From the NCBI GenBank assembly GCA_026004035.1, contig BPII01000006.1, forward strand, positions 80,428 through 144,427: a stretch of DNA of 64,000 nt, written 5' to 3'. This document shows, in pieces, positions 33,878 through 43,633 of this stretch. Numbering within the stretch: position 1 is the first letter of the stretch; each line of letters begins with the position of its first letter. The stretch comes from Candidatus Sericytochromatia bacterium (GTDB lineage Bacteria > Cyanobacteriota > Sericytochromatia > UBA7694 > JACMQJ01). The notes beneath the pieces are model-generated. The model was not told where the DNA came from and did no database searches. It saw only the letters and a list, made by a program, of their open reading frames with translations. The position numbers and the translations under genes are program-made.

Positions 33878-36800
33878 TTATAGCTTATCTAACCAAGAAA
33901 AATCTAAATGTTCTTGATAATCATCAAGTTTTTTAGAAATTTTTCTTTTACTATCTAAGTTCTCTTTATTAAAGAAACTTTCAAATTCTTTTATATATTT
34001 TAATTCTTCTACTAAATCACTCATTTTTCTAAATCTATCAATTCTGTCTTTTTGAAGAGTTTTTAAAATTATTTCGTCTAATTTTTTAGGTATTGAGCTA
34101 TTATATATGCTTGGTGGTGGGGGTAATTCACTAACTATTTTCATTATAATATCTCTAATATTATCACCATCAATAGGTAATTTACCTGTAAAAATTTGAT
34201 ATAAAGATACTCCAAAAGAAAATTGATCAGATCTACCATCAACATTTTCAGGATTTTGTAATTGTTCTGGTGATATATAAAGTATAGTTCCTACTAAATT
34301 ACCATCTGAAGTATTTATTGGTTTGCTATTTAAAAACTTTGCAATACCAAAATCTGTTAATTTAGCTGTATTTGTATCTTCATCATACATTATATTTTCT
34401 GGTTTAATATCTCTATGAACTATATTATTTTGATGTATATAGTCTAATGCTTCTGATATTTGAACTATTATATTTAATATTTTTTCTAATGTTAAAGTTT
34501 TTTCTTCTATTAATTTAGAAACAGCTTTACCTTTTAATAATTCCATAACAATATAATGTGTGTATTTATCTATTTGACCAACATCATAAATATTAACTAT
34601 ATTTTTGTGATTTAAATTTGATATTGCTATTGCTTCTCTTTTAAAAGAGTATATAACTTCTTTTATTGTTTCCTCATCATCTTTAAAATTTGACAAGTTA
34701 AGTATTTTTATAGCAACTTGCTGATTTAAATTTTTATCATCAGCTAAATAAACAGCTCCCATTCCACCTCTACCAAGTTCTTTTATTATAGTATATTTGT
34801 TTTCAAAATAGTTTATTAATTTAACAGGTATGGAGTTTATAAATTTTTCTTCTTCGTAAAAAGTTTCATTATTTTCTTCTTTTGAAACCACTTGTTTATT
34901 ATTATTATCTTCTAATATATAATTTTTTTCATCTTCATAAATTTTTTCATTAGCAGCTTTCTTAAGAAAATCACTAGAAGTATTCCTAGAAATATTAATT
35001 AAAGTTCTCTGAACATTTATTTTCATAATTGCTGCCATTTTAACATCTTCATTAGTATCGTTTTTAGCAATTTCAGATAAAACTTCTGGATTATCTATTT
35101 TATTTGTCGCAAAAAGTCTTATCATGTAATTTTCATGCTTAAGTGCTAGTTCTTCTAAAATTTTATTTTCTTCTATATATTTTACAGCCTCTTTGGCAAC
35201 TTCTATTACTTTATCATTTTTTACTATATCAAATAATAATTTTTGATTTTTTACTTTTTTCACAGCTTCTAATCTAACTTTCCAATTTTCATGATTTCTA
35301 GATATATCTTCCAATATATGTATATCTTGTAATTTATTAGTAGCTTTTAATTTTATATTCTCATTTTCATCATTAAATACTATATCTTTTAATATATCAT
35401 TATCTTGTATATCCTCTACTAACAAATTGATATCATCATTCTGATAAAGTTTTTTTAATGAATATACTCTTAAGTTATAATCTTTAGCTTTTTTAGCTAT
35501 GTACTCTAACATCCTTGGGTCTTCTTTACTTTCTATCACATTTTTTAATACTTCATTATTGTCATAAATACCATTTACTAATATTTTTATAAATTCAATA
35601 TCTTTAGTATCTAATAATAATTTTTTTAATAAGTTATATTCTCCTAAATCAGCTAATTTAATTACTATTATTTCTTTTATTTTTAAACTACAATCTGTTT
35701 CTATTAGTTTTTTAAGTATATTTAAATCATTTATTTTTTTTACTGCTAAATTTTTTAACCAAAAATCATCATTTTCTAATATTATTTTTTCTAAATATTT
35801 TGTATCAAATATTTTGTCAATTAAGACATATTTAAAATTATTATACTCTGTTTTTTCTAATTCACTCTTTATAGCTTTTTGTAAATTATCATCTTTTAAT
35901 ATATTTAAATCATTTACTTTTTCAATAGCACTTATTTTAATAGCTATATTTTCATTTTCCTTTTTAAAAATCTCAACTAATATATTCTCATTTACTATCT
36001 TTTTTAAATATTCTTTTTTCTTTCTTATATCATCTTCAAGTTTAAACAAGTTATATGCAAATTCTTGAATATCTTGATTTTTTAATAAATTAATATCGTT
36101 TATTCTACTAAGAGATAATATTTTTTGTTCATCAAATTTTGAATCCAAAACTATTTCAGATAAATATTCTTGTTTTTCTAAAAATCTTAAAGCATATTCT
36201 CTTATTATTTTATCATTATCATTTTTAGCAATATCAAGTAAAATTTTTTGTTCATTTGTAGTTTTTATAATATCTTCTATTTTATAAATATCTGTAAATT
36301 TAAACAATGCTAACTTTCTTATTTCGTATTCTTTATGATTAATTGATATATCATAAAGAATATTTTTATTACTTATTTTATTTATACACAGTTCGCATAT
36401 TTCTATTAAATCATTGTTTTTAAGAATATCTAAAAGAATATTTTCATCATTTATTTTACTTATTGCTAATATTTTAATATAATTATCATTGTCATATTTT
36501 GCTATTTTACTTAAAACATCTATATTATTTATTTTTTTTATTGCTATTTCCCTAGCGTTAATATCTTTATCATTCAAAGCAATATCTTCTATAATATTTA
36601 TATCATCTATAGACTGAGCTAAACTAGAAATATTTATATTATTAAATTTTTTAAATAGAAAGTTTTTTCTTACTTCATATATAGGATTTTTTAATAAATG
36701 TTCAAATTTATTAATATCAAATATTTTATGTATTTCTCTTATTATAGAATTTAGAGCTTCATCCTTTAGAAAACCAATATTAGTATTAATATAGTAATTT

Positions 36801-37372
36801 GTTAAAAAATCTATATTAGTAATTTTAGCTAAAGCATTCTTAATTAATCTTTCATCGATATTTTTATCTAAAACTATTTTTTCTAATAAATCCTGACTAT
36901 TTATTTTTCTAATAGATGCATCTTTTATATCAAATGATCTATTAGACTTTATTATAGAAAACAACATTTCTTGGTTATTTAGTTTATTTATACAAATAAT
37001 ACAAGTATCTTCTGCTTGAGATTTATTTATTATATCAAATAAAATATTTTGATTATTTATTTTTTTTGATATTTCTATTTTTATATCAATATCATTACTT
37101 TCCAGTAGTATTTTTGATAAAATATTTTCATCGGATATTTTTTTTATTACATATTTTTTTACAAGAATATCCTTACTTTTGTTATAAATATCTAATAGAT
37201 CTTGTTGAGATTTTATATAGTCTATAGCAACCTTTTTAACTTCTAGATTGTCATCATTTATAGCTAAGTCCTTTATAATACTTTGTTCCTTTATGTTTGG
37301 GATTGATTTTTTTCTTACTTCTGGATTTTTATTTTTCCATTTTGGTTTAAAAAATACTTCTAATATAGACAT
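33878..37372 (-). CDS. Hanks-type Ser/Thr protein kinase with a long N-terminal array of about 25-aa HEAT-like helical repeats
   Basis: LGRGGMGAVY, VAIK, HRDIKPEN, DFGIAK, SPEQ and SDQFSFG motifs. Repeats follow L.EIA.ND....VR..A..KI.D. No TM segment. Confidence 0.92.
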   Translation of the reverse strand: MSILEVFFKPKWKNKNPEVRKKSIPNIKEQSIIKDLAINDDNLEVKKVAIDYIKSQQDLLDIYNKSKDILVKKYVIKKISDENILSKILLESNDIDIKIEISKKINNQNILFDIINKSQAEDTCIICINKLNNQEMLFSIIKSNRSFDIKDASIRKINSQDLLEKIVLDKNIDERLIKNALAKITNIDFLTNYYINTNIGFLKDEALNSIIREIHKIFDINKFEHLLKNPIYEVRKNFLFKKFNNINISSLAQSIDDINIIEDIALNDKDINAREIAIKKINNIDVLSKIAKYDNDNYIKILAISKINDENILLDILKNNDLIEICELCINKISNKNILYDISINHKEYEIRKLALFKFTDIYKIEDIIKTTNEQKILLDIAKNDNDKIIREYALRFLEKQEYLSEIVLDSKFDEQKILSLSRINDINLLKNQDIQEFAYNLFKLEDDIRKKKEYLKKIVNENILVEIFKKENENIAIKISAIEKVNDLNILKDDNLQKAIKSELEKTEYNNFKYVLIDKIFDTKYLEKIILENDDFWLKNLAVKKINDLNILKKLIETDCSLKIKEIIVIKLADLGEYNLLKKLLLDTKDIEFIKILVNGIYDNNEVLKNVIESKEDPRMLEYIAKKAKDYNLRVYSLKKLYQNDDINLLVEDIQDNDILKDIVFNDENENIKLKATNKLQDIHILEDISRNHENWKVRLEAVKKVKNQKLLFDIVKNDKVIEVAKEAVKYIEENKILEELALKHENYMIRLFATNKIDNPEVLSEIAKNDTNEDVKMAAIMKINVQRTLINISRNTSSDFLKKAANEKIYEDEKNYILEDNNNKQVVSKEENNETFYEEEKFINSIPVKLINYFENKYTIIKELGRGGMGAVYLADDKNLNQQVAIKILNLSNFKDDEETIKEVIYSFKREAIAISNLNHKNIVNIYDVGQIDKYTHYIVMELLKGKAVSKLIEEKTLTLEKILNIIVQISEALDYIHQNNIVHRDIKPENIMYDEDTNTAKLTDFGIAKFLNSKPINTSDGNLVGTILYISPEQLQNPENVDGRSDQFSFGVSLYQIFTGKLPIDGDNIRDIIMKIVSELPPPPSIYNSSIPKKLDEIILKTLQKDRIDRFRKMSDLVEELKYIKEFESFFNKENLDSKRKISKKLDDYQEHLDFSWLDKL

Positions 37373-38037
37373 TAACTATTTAAATTCTCCAATTCAAAAA
37401 GTTCTTTTAAAAGTGCCAGATTACTTTCTTCAGATTTTTTCTTTTCTTCTTCTTTAATAATAAAATTTCTTATTAATTTAGCACATTCTAAATTTCTTTT
37501 AAGTTCAGCTATTTCTAAAGCAGTTTGTCCTTCATTATTAGTTATATTATAATTAGCTCCTCTATTTAGTAGTATTTCTGCTACTTCTACAAAGTTTCTA
37601 GAAACAGCATGCATTAAAGCTGTCCAACCTTGATTATCTTGACTATTTAAATCAGCTCCATAATAAATTAAAAAAGAAAGAGTATCTTTATGACCACCTG
37701 CACAAGCATATATTAAAGGCGTCCAACCTTTAGCATCTCTTGCGTTTGGTTCAGCATTATTTGCTAGCAAAAATCTTGTAGTCTCTATTTTTCCATTTGT
37801 TACTGCTTTCATTAAAACAGTTTGTCCTTGTTCATAAACTTCATTTACTTTTGCACCTTTATTTACAAGAAATTCTACAATATTGGGGTATCCTAGTGCA
37901 ACTGCTAATCTTAATGGACTCATATTATCTTTTATTACATTCGGATCAGCTCCTTTTTCTAGTAATTTTTCTACATCCCAAATTCTACCAGCTTTAACAG
38001 CTTCAAATAATTTATCAGAAATATCTAAAATAGCCAT
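37372..38037 (-). CDS. Ankyrin-repeat protein; likely start MAILDIS at 38037
   Basis: About five repeats of G.T(P/A)L..A...G....V..LL..GA..N. Stop overlaps the kinase start (TAATG). Confidence 0.9.
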   Translation of the reverse strand: MAILDISDKLFEAVKAGRIWDVEKLLEKGADPNVIKDNMSPLRLAVALGYPNIVEFLVNKGAKVNEVYEQGQTVLMKAVTNGKIETTRFLLANNAEPNARDAKGWTPLIYACAGGHKDTLSFLIYYGADLNSQDNQGWTALMHAVSRNFVEVAEILLNRGANYNITNNEGQTALEIAELKRNLECAKLIRNFIIKEEEKKKSEESNLALLKELFELENLNS

Positions 38038-38146
38038 AAAACAAAAAATAAATAATATACTAGTTTTTATTATATAAAAAATAATTTTAAAAAACAATGC
38101 TGTAGAATACATCTCCATAGTAAAAATATTTTAAAAATTTGGCACG

Positions 38147-38284
38147 GCACTGAGCTAATATTATTTTTTGATAAGGTCAAAATCCTTTAATAGTAAGCAT
38201 TTTAAAGATTTATATTAAAATATGCTTTAAATTTAGTATTTATAAGCTTTTGAAGGTATTTTTTCTATAATTCAATTCCAGTAC
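38147..38284 (+). mobile_element. MITE-like element family I, copy 2
   Basis: GCACTGAGCTAAT...AAATCCTTTAATAGTAAGCATTTTAAAGATTTATATTAAAA...TTCCAGTAC. Aligns with 24218-24357. Confidence 0.85.
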
Positions 38285-38398
38285 ATTCTAATAAACTTTT
38301 AAGCAAATTGTTAAATTTCTTTATCAATTATAGCAAGTTTATTTTTAGGTTATCTATAATATAAGTCAAGTTTAAATTATTAAGTAAAAGGAGAGATA

Positions 38399-39292
38399 AT
38401 GAAAAAGTTAGTTTTAGCTAGTTTATCTGTTTTTTTGTTACAGAGTTGTAATACATCAAATGATGTAGTTTCTTTATTAAATGAAGATACTCAAAATTTA
38501 ACACAATTGTCAAAAACTTCAGAATCATATCATAATCCAAATTTTGTTAGAAAAATGAAAAATAAAAAAACTTATGTTTTTAAAGGTGATGTTTCAACAA
38601 ATAGTATATGTGGAAAAAATGACTTACAGCATGTTAATGATTATGACGGAACATTAGGACAGCCTGTTTCATTTGTGAAAAAATATAAATCAGCAGTAGG
38701 AGCTATGGAATACTCACCATCAGATTCTTCAAGTAAGTTTTGCAGTGGAACATTAATAGATAAAAATTTATTCTTAACTGCTAGTCATTGTGTTGATAAT
38801 GCTGTAGGTAAAGCAGTTGCTTTTAATTATGAAAAAGTAAAAGGTTCTACTTCATTGGAAAAACAAGAACATTTTAAAATACTTAAGATAGTTGAAGATG
38901 GAGATTCTAAAGGACTAGATTACGCAATATTAGAATTAGAAGGAAATCCTGGTGATAAGTATGGAGTAACACCAATAAAAGTAGAGATGCCAGAAGATAA
39001 TCACTTATTAACAATAATACAACATCCAAAAGGACAACCTAAACAAGTTGAATCTGGACCAAAAGTAGGGGTTGCTGGTGTTTATATGCAATATGCTGAT
39101 TTAGATACGGAACCAGGTAGTTCAGGTTCAGGAGTTTTAAATAAAGATGGTTTCTTAGTTGGAGTTCATACAAACGGTGGTTGTTATTCATCAGGTGGAG
39201 CTAACAAAGGTGTATTAATGACAGAAATAGCTAAAGCTTCTGACTTAGTGAAAAAGTTAGCTGTTACAAGTTCTCTTAGAGTAAGAAAATAA
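38399..39292 (+). CDS. Trypsin-like (S1) serine protease lipoprotein
   Basis: Lipobox LQSC. CSGTLI, LTASHC, DYAILEL and GSSGSGV give the catalytic triad. Confidence 0.92.
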   Translation: MKKLVLASLSVFLLQSCNTSNDVVSLLNEDTQNLTQLSKTSESYHNPNFVRKMKNKKTYVFKGDVSTNSICGKNDLQHVNDYDGTLGQPVSFVKKYKSAVGAMEYSPSDSSSKFCSGTLIDKNLFLTASHCVDNAVGKAVAFNYEKVKGSTSLEKQEHFKILKIVEDGDSKGLDYAILELEGNPGDKYGVTPIKVEMPEDNHLLTIIQHPKGQPKQVESGPKVGVAGVYMQYADLDTEPGSSGSGVLNKDGFLVGVHTNGGCYSSGGANKGVLMTEIAKASDLVKKLAVTSSLRVRK

Positions 39293-39308
39293 AAGACCTA
39301 ACCTAAGT

Positions 39309-39339
39309 TTGCCATCTAAAAAAGATGGCAATTTTTTTT
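39309..39339 (+). terminator. Rho-independent terminator
   Basis: TTGCCATCT-AAAAA-AGATGGCAA followed by T8. Confidence 0.9.
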
Positions 39340-39359
39340 ATTTTTTAACCTAAATAAAT

Positions 39360-39392
39360 ATTCATAAAACAATCAATTCATAAAACAATCAA
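39360..39392. repeat. 16-bp tandem duplication upstream of the ECF operon
   Basis: ATTCATAAAACAATCA occurs twice in tandem. Confidence 0.75.
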
Positions 39393-39475
39393 TAACTATT
39401 GCTTTTAAAATTAACATAGACTATAATTATTAAAAATTAATTTTTCATAATAATTTTCATCAGAAAGGATAAATA

Positions 39476-39979
39476 ATGACAAGAAGAATGCAAATTAGAA
39501 TAATAGCTATATTTGTACTTATTATTTTAGGTTTTGTTAGTTATGTTGGATATACAAAATTTAATCAACCTGATATAATGACCAAAGATAGTAAATTTAT
39601 TAAAGAAGTTGCATTTGCTTCATCTGATAAAACAGCTATATTTACGATACGGTGGAAAGATGAAATGAAAACATCAACAGTTAAAGATTTAAATAATTAC
39701 TTAGTTGAACATGTTTATCCTAAAGGTAGAAAATGGCTTACAGCTGTAAATGGTAAAAAATGCAAAATTGTATTAATACAACATGTACCTGATAAATTTG
39801 ATCCAGAAAAAAAATTAAAAGCAACTCAATTAAATGTCATAATAGATCCTAAAGAAGATGTAAATGATTATTTTAGAGTTAGAGTTAGAAATGTAGAAAC
39901 TAAAAGTGGTCAAAGAATGAATTCTGTTGAATATGGAGTTATTCAAGTAACCAATTTTGCGAAACTAACTAAAAAATAA
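39476..39979 (+). CDS. Hypothetical protein with an N-terminal membrane anchor and a beta-rich extracytoplasmic domain
   Basis: TM segment IIAIFVLIILGFVSYVGY followed by an Ig-like strand pattern. AAGGA RBS. Confidence 0.65.
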   Translation: MTRRMQIRIIAIFVLIILGFVSYVGYTKFNQPDIMTKDSKFIKEVAFASSDKTAIFTIRWKDEMKTSTVKDLNNYLVEHVYPKGRKWLTAVNGKKCKIVLIQHVPDKFDPEKKLKATQLNVIIDPKEDVNDYFRVRVRNVETKSGQRMNSVEYGVIQVTNFAKLTKK

Positions 39980-40507
39980 ATGTTATTATTAGAAAAAAAA
40001 ATATTAAAGTCAGCTATTCAAAGAAAAAATAAATCTATAAAAAAAATAATAAGAAAATACATAAATACAGCATATTGTATCTTTGTAATGTTTTTAGAAG
40101 ATGATAAATTAGCTAGAGAAAATTTAAAATACTTAATGCAAAAAGTTTATAGTGATATTTCTAATATTGATAATTATAAAAGTTTTTATTTTTGGTTTTA
40201 TAACTTAATGAAAGAGACTATTAAACAATCAAAAATAAAAAGTAATTATATCAATTTATATTCTAAAGATAATTTCATAGAATTATATTTTAAAATACAC
40301 AAGATAAAATATGATGATGTATTATTTAATCTTTTTAAAGAAATACTTAATTTTAGTGAGGAAGAAAAAGAAATATACATTTTAGTAGAATTTGAAGGTC
40401 TAACTTGTAGTCAAGTTTCTAAACTTCTTAATATACCTTTAGAAGTAGTTAGATATAAATTATATAGTTGTAAAAGTATTTTAAGAAAAGTTTATGAAAG
40501 AACTTAG
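39980..40507 (+). CDS. ECF-type sigma-70 factor (divergent)
   Basis: Region 2-like SFYFWFYNL and region 4 SEEEKEIYILVEFEGLTCSQVSKLLNIPLEVVRYKL. Confidence 0.8.
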   Translation: MLLLEKKILKSAIQRKNKSIKKIIRKYINTAYCIFVMFLEDDKLARENLKYLMQKVYSDISNIDNYKSFYFWFYNLMKETIKQSKIKSNYINLYSKDNFIELYFKIHKIKYDDVLFNLFKEILNFSEEEKEIYILVEFEGLTCSQVSKLLNIPLEVVRYKLYSCKSILRKVYERT

Positions 40508-40899
40508 CAATAATTGTAGTGATATTGTTTTATTACTTACAGAATATTCAAGAGAACAATTAAAAAAGAATGAAAAAGAACATGTAAAAGAACATTTAAA
40601 AAGATGTAATTATTGTTTTAAAGAATTAAGTAGTATAAAAAAAATTGTCTAATTATACAGATAAACTAATACCTTATTTAGAAAAAGATTTCCATAATAA
40701 ATTAATATATTCTATTTTTATTAAAGAGAAAAAAGAAAATTTTATAAATAAAATAGTTGCTTTAATATTTATAGTATTAATAATAATTTATTCTTTTATA
40801 AATCAAGATTATAAAATAATACCTTTAAATGAAATTCAAATAAGAGTAAATGAAATGTTTTTAAATGAATCTATGATCATTAAAAATGATAAAGATTAA
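40494..40899 (+). CDS. Zinc-finger (zf-HC2/ZAS) anti-sigma factor with one TM helix, frameshifted near 40640
   Basis: ATG 40494 gives MKELSNNCSDIVLLLTEY..EQL...EKEHVKEHLKRCNYC (HxxxCxxC). It joins ORF 40645-40899, which carries the TM helix. Confidence 0.82.
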
Positions 40900-41311
40900 A
40901 AAGTTTTTATCAAGAACAAAAGAAGAAAGAAAAATCTTTTTAATAACATTATTTTATATGATTTATACACAAGCTTTAATAAAACTTATACCATTTAAAT
41001 TCATAATAAAAATTTTGAGTTTAAAAATTTGTAATGAAGTAAGTAAAAATTTATCTCCTGAAAATAATATAAAAGAAATTAAATGGGCAATAAATGTTTG
41101 TTCAAAAATAGTATTTTGGAAATCTAAGTGCTTAAATCAAGCATTAACAGCATACAAAGTTTTAAAAACCTATAATAATAATCCTTATTTATATTTAGGT
41201 TTAATAAAAGAAAATAATAAACTAGAAGCTCATGCTTGGACAATTGTAAATGATGTTTATATCACCGGTAAAGACAACAGAATTTATGATATAATTTGTA
41301 TTTTTAAATAA
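40886..41311 (+). CDS. Lasso peptide B2-type transglutaminase-like cysteine peptidase
   Basis: SKCLNQAL, LYLGL.K, LEAHAW...ND..ITG motifs (Cys-His-Asp). Confidence 0.88.
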   Translation: MIKIKKFLSRTKEERKIFLITLFYMIYTQALIKLIPFKFIIKILSLKICNEVSKNLSPENNIKEIKWAINVCSKIVFWKSKCLNQALTAYKVLKTYNNNPYLYLGLIKENNKLEAHAWTIVNDVYITGKDNRIYDIICIFK

Positions 41312-41318
41312 TTTTTTA

Positions 41319-41507
41319 TTAAGAATTTATCTTTTTTATTATTACTTTTCCATTAGCTTCTTCCATTACTTTGTATCCATCAGGTATTTTATCTAAATTG
41401 TTTTTTTGAGGTTGTCTTGAAAAAAAATATTCTTTTTCTCCATTTTCTTTAATAATTTCATGAAGAAAATATACTAAATTTTTCTTATTAACATATCTAA
41501 AAGTCAT
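41319..41507 (-). CDS. Small conserved hypothetical protein
   Basis: Y.NKK...YFLH...YFFS...KIPDGY.V.E..NG..I.KK pattern, recalled from a small uncharacterised family. Confidence 0.6.
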   Translation of the reverse strand: MTFRYVNKKNLVYFLHEIIKENGEKEYFFSRQPQKNNLDKIPDGYKVMEEANGKVIIKKINS

Positions 41508-41550
41508 ATTTTATAAAAAACTAAAATTTCTAATTATACTTAAATTTTTA

Positions 41551-41617
41551 TAGTTTGCATTTTTTAACAGAAATATTCAATAATTGAAATTTTAGCTCAC
41601 TAAAAAAATGCAAACTA
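41551..41617. repeat. Long inverted repeat / nested hairpin
   Basis: TAGTTTGCATTTTTT ... AAAAAATGCAAACTA (15-bp perfect arms) with an inner TTCAA-TAA-TTGAA palindrome. Confidence 0.75.
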
Positions 41618-41700
41618 GTTTTTTAACTTAGATTTTATAATCAAAAATTTATTATAAATACAAATGAAAAAAAATTTTATAATCTTTTTAAAGGATTAAA

Positions 41701-42118
41701 TCAGTTTAACTCTCCAAATAAAATCATAAATATAGGAATTAATACCATTCTTATAATAGATGCATCCAGTAAAACAGCTATAAATAAACCAATACCAAAC
41801 ATTTTTATTATGATAATGTCAGCAAATATAAAAGCACCAAAAGCTATTAACATTATTAAAGATGCTTTTTACTATGGAATTATAATTATTTTCACCTTTT
41901 AGATGATATTCATAAATAGAATTGATTATAAATACTTCATAATCCATACTTAAACTAAACATTATACAAAATAGTATCACTGATATTTGTGCTATAATAA
42001 AAAGTACATCTTTAAAATAACCTTGTTGAAAAACTAAAACAAGAAAACTATAGCTACATAAAATAGATAAAGAATTTAATAAAATTGCTTTAATTTTTCT
42101 AACTACATATACTGATAT
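41701..42118 (-). pseudogene. MMPL/RND transporter C-terminal remnant
   Basis: Translates as IKAILLNSLSI..VLVFQQG, FSLSMDYEVFI and MFGIGLFIAVLLDASIIRMVLIP. No start codon, apparent internal deletions, and TGA at a position that is normally Trp. Confidence 0.85.
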
Positions 42119-42194
42119 TTATACTTTTTATATTATTTTCTTTTACTTTTATCAACATATCTAAAGAAAATAATATTATAAAATATTCGAAAGT

Positions 42195-43566
42195 TTAAAC
42201 TGTTGCTGAAAAAAGTTTTTTATTTTTGTGTATTCTTAAATATTTATCAAAAATCATTGCAACATTCCTAATTAATAATTGTCCCTTATTTGTAACGTAA
42301 ATATTATCTTTATCAGTTTTAATAAGATTATCACTTTCTAAATCTTGTAAATTTTTAATTTCTTCTTTAAAATAACTATCAAAATCAATATTGTATTTAT
42401 TTTCTAAATCTTTTTTATTTACTTTAAGATAACAGGTTAAGGAATTTATAATTTCTTTCCTTATTTTATCATCATTGTTTAAATTAATACCTTTGTTTAT
42501 TGGTAATATATTTTTATCTATTGATAAAAAGTATTCTTTTTCATCTTTAAAATTTTGAAAATATGCATTTTCTGTTTCTCCTATTGAGGTTATACCAATA
42601 GGGTACAAACTACTAAAATTTTTTTCTACATAGCCCATGAAATTTCTACTTAATGAAAAGTTTTTCTTAGCTTTATATAAGCTATCACTTTCTTTTGCAA
42701 AATGATCTATGCCAATATACTTATATTTTTTCTCAATAAAGAATTTTATACTTTTTTTTAAAAATTCAAACTTTTCTTTTGGTTTTGGTAAAATTTTATC
42801 ATCAAAGCTTTTTTGTGCTGGTTTTAACCAAGGAACATGAGCGTAATTAAAAAGTGCGATTCTATCAGGATTTATCTTATTCACTAGATCTAAAGTTTTT
42901 TCAAGTTTATAAATATTTTGTCCAGGTAATCCATAGACTAAATCTATATTAACACTTTTAAAATTATTGCTTCTGCTTGCTTCTGCAACTTCCAAAGTTT
43001 CTTCAAAACTTTGATACCTATTTATTATTTTTTGAACTTCGTCATCAAAATCTTGAACACCCATGCTTATTCTATTAAAACCTAGACTAGCAAGGAATTT
43101 AACTTTATATTTTTTTGTATTTCTGGGATCAATTTCTATTGAAAGTTCAAAATTATCATCATATCTAAAATTATTATTTATTTCGTTAACTATTGAAAAT
43201 AATTGTTTTTTTTTCAAGATATGAAGGAGAACCACCACCAAAATGGATTTGTTTAAGCTTTCTTTTGTTATCTATATATTTAGATAATAATTTTATTTCT
43301 TTTATAATATAATTTACATAATTATCTATTCTATTTTTATTTCTTGTAATTATTGTATTACAAGCACAATAGAAACATAAAGTTTTACAAAAAGGTATAT
43401 GTATATACAAAGAAAAATTTTCATTAACATTATCTTTTTCAAATATTTCTTCTATATCTTGATGATTAAAATTTAAATTCCATTCAGGAATAGTAGGATA
43501 GCTAGTATATCTTGGAGCAAATATACTATATTTTTCTATTTCTTCAAAAGTAATATTTTCAATCAT
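42195..43566 (-). CDS. hemN: Oxygen-independent coproporphyrinogen III oxidase (radical SAM), frameshifted near 43205
   Basis: PRYTSYPT, LYIHIPFCKTLCFYCAC, HFGGGSP, NYAHVPW, IGIDHFA and RNFMGY motifs. Confidence 0.93.
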
Positions 43567-43633
43567 ATATAGAATATTATTACTTGAATTATTATAAATA
43601 AATGATTTTTATCAATTTACTAATTGTTTAATA

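Noticed and set aside
38038-38118. Hydrophobic N-terminal extension of the ankyrin ORF
   Set aside because: It looks like translated AT-rich intergenic sequence. The ankyrin-like sequence starts at Met 38037, although a TM anchor cannot be fully excluded.
1425-41311. A RiPP gene cluster formed by the SagB oxidase, lasso B2 peptidase and radical SAM gene
   Set aside because: The SagB and B2 genes are about 38 kb apart, there is no precursor, YcaO or cyclase, and the nearby radical SAM protein is a typical HemN.
41701-41703. TGA-to-Trp recoding suggested by TGA at a Trp position
   Set aside because: TGA terminates several intact genes here and TGG encodes Trp throughout. The site lies in a decayed pseudogene.
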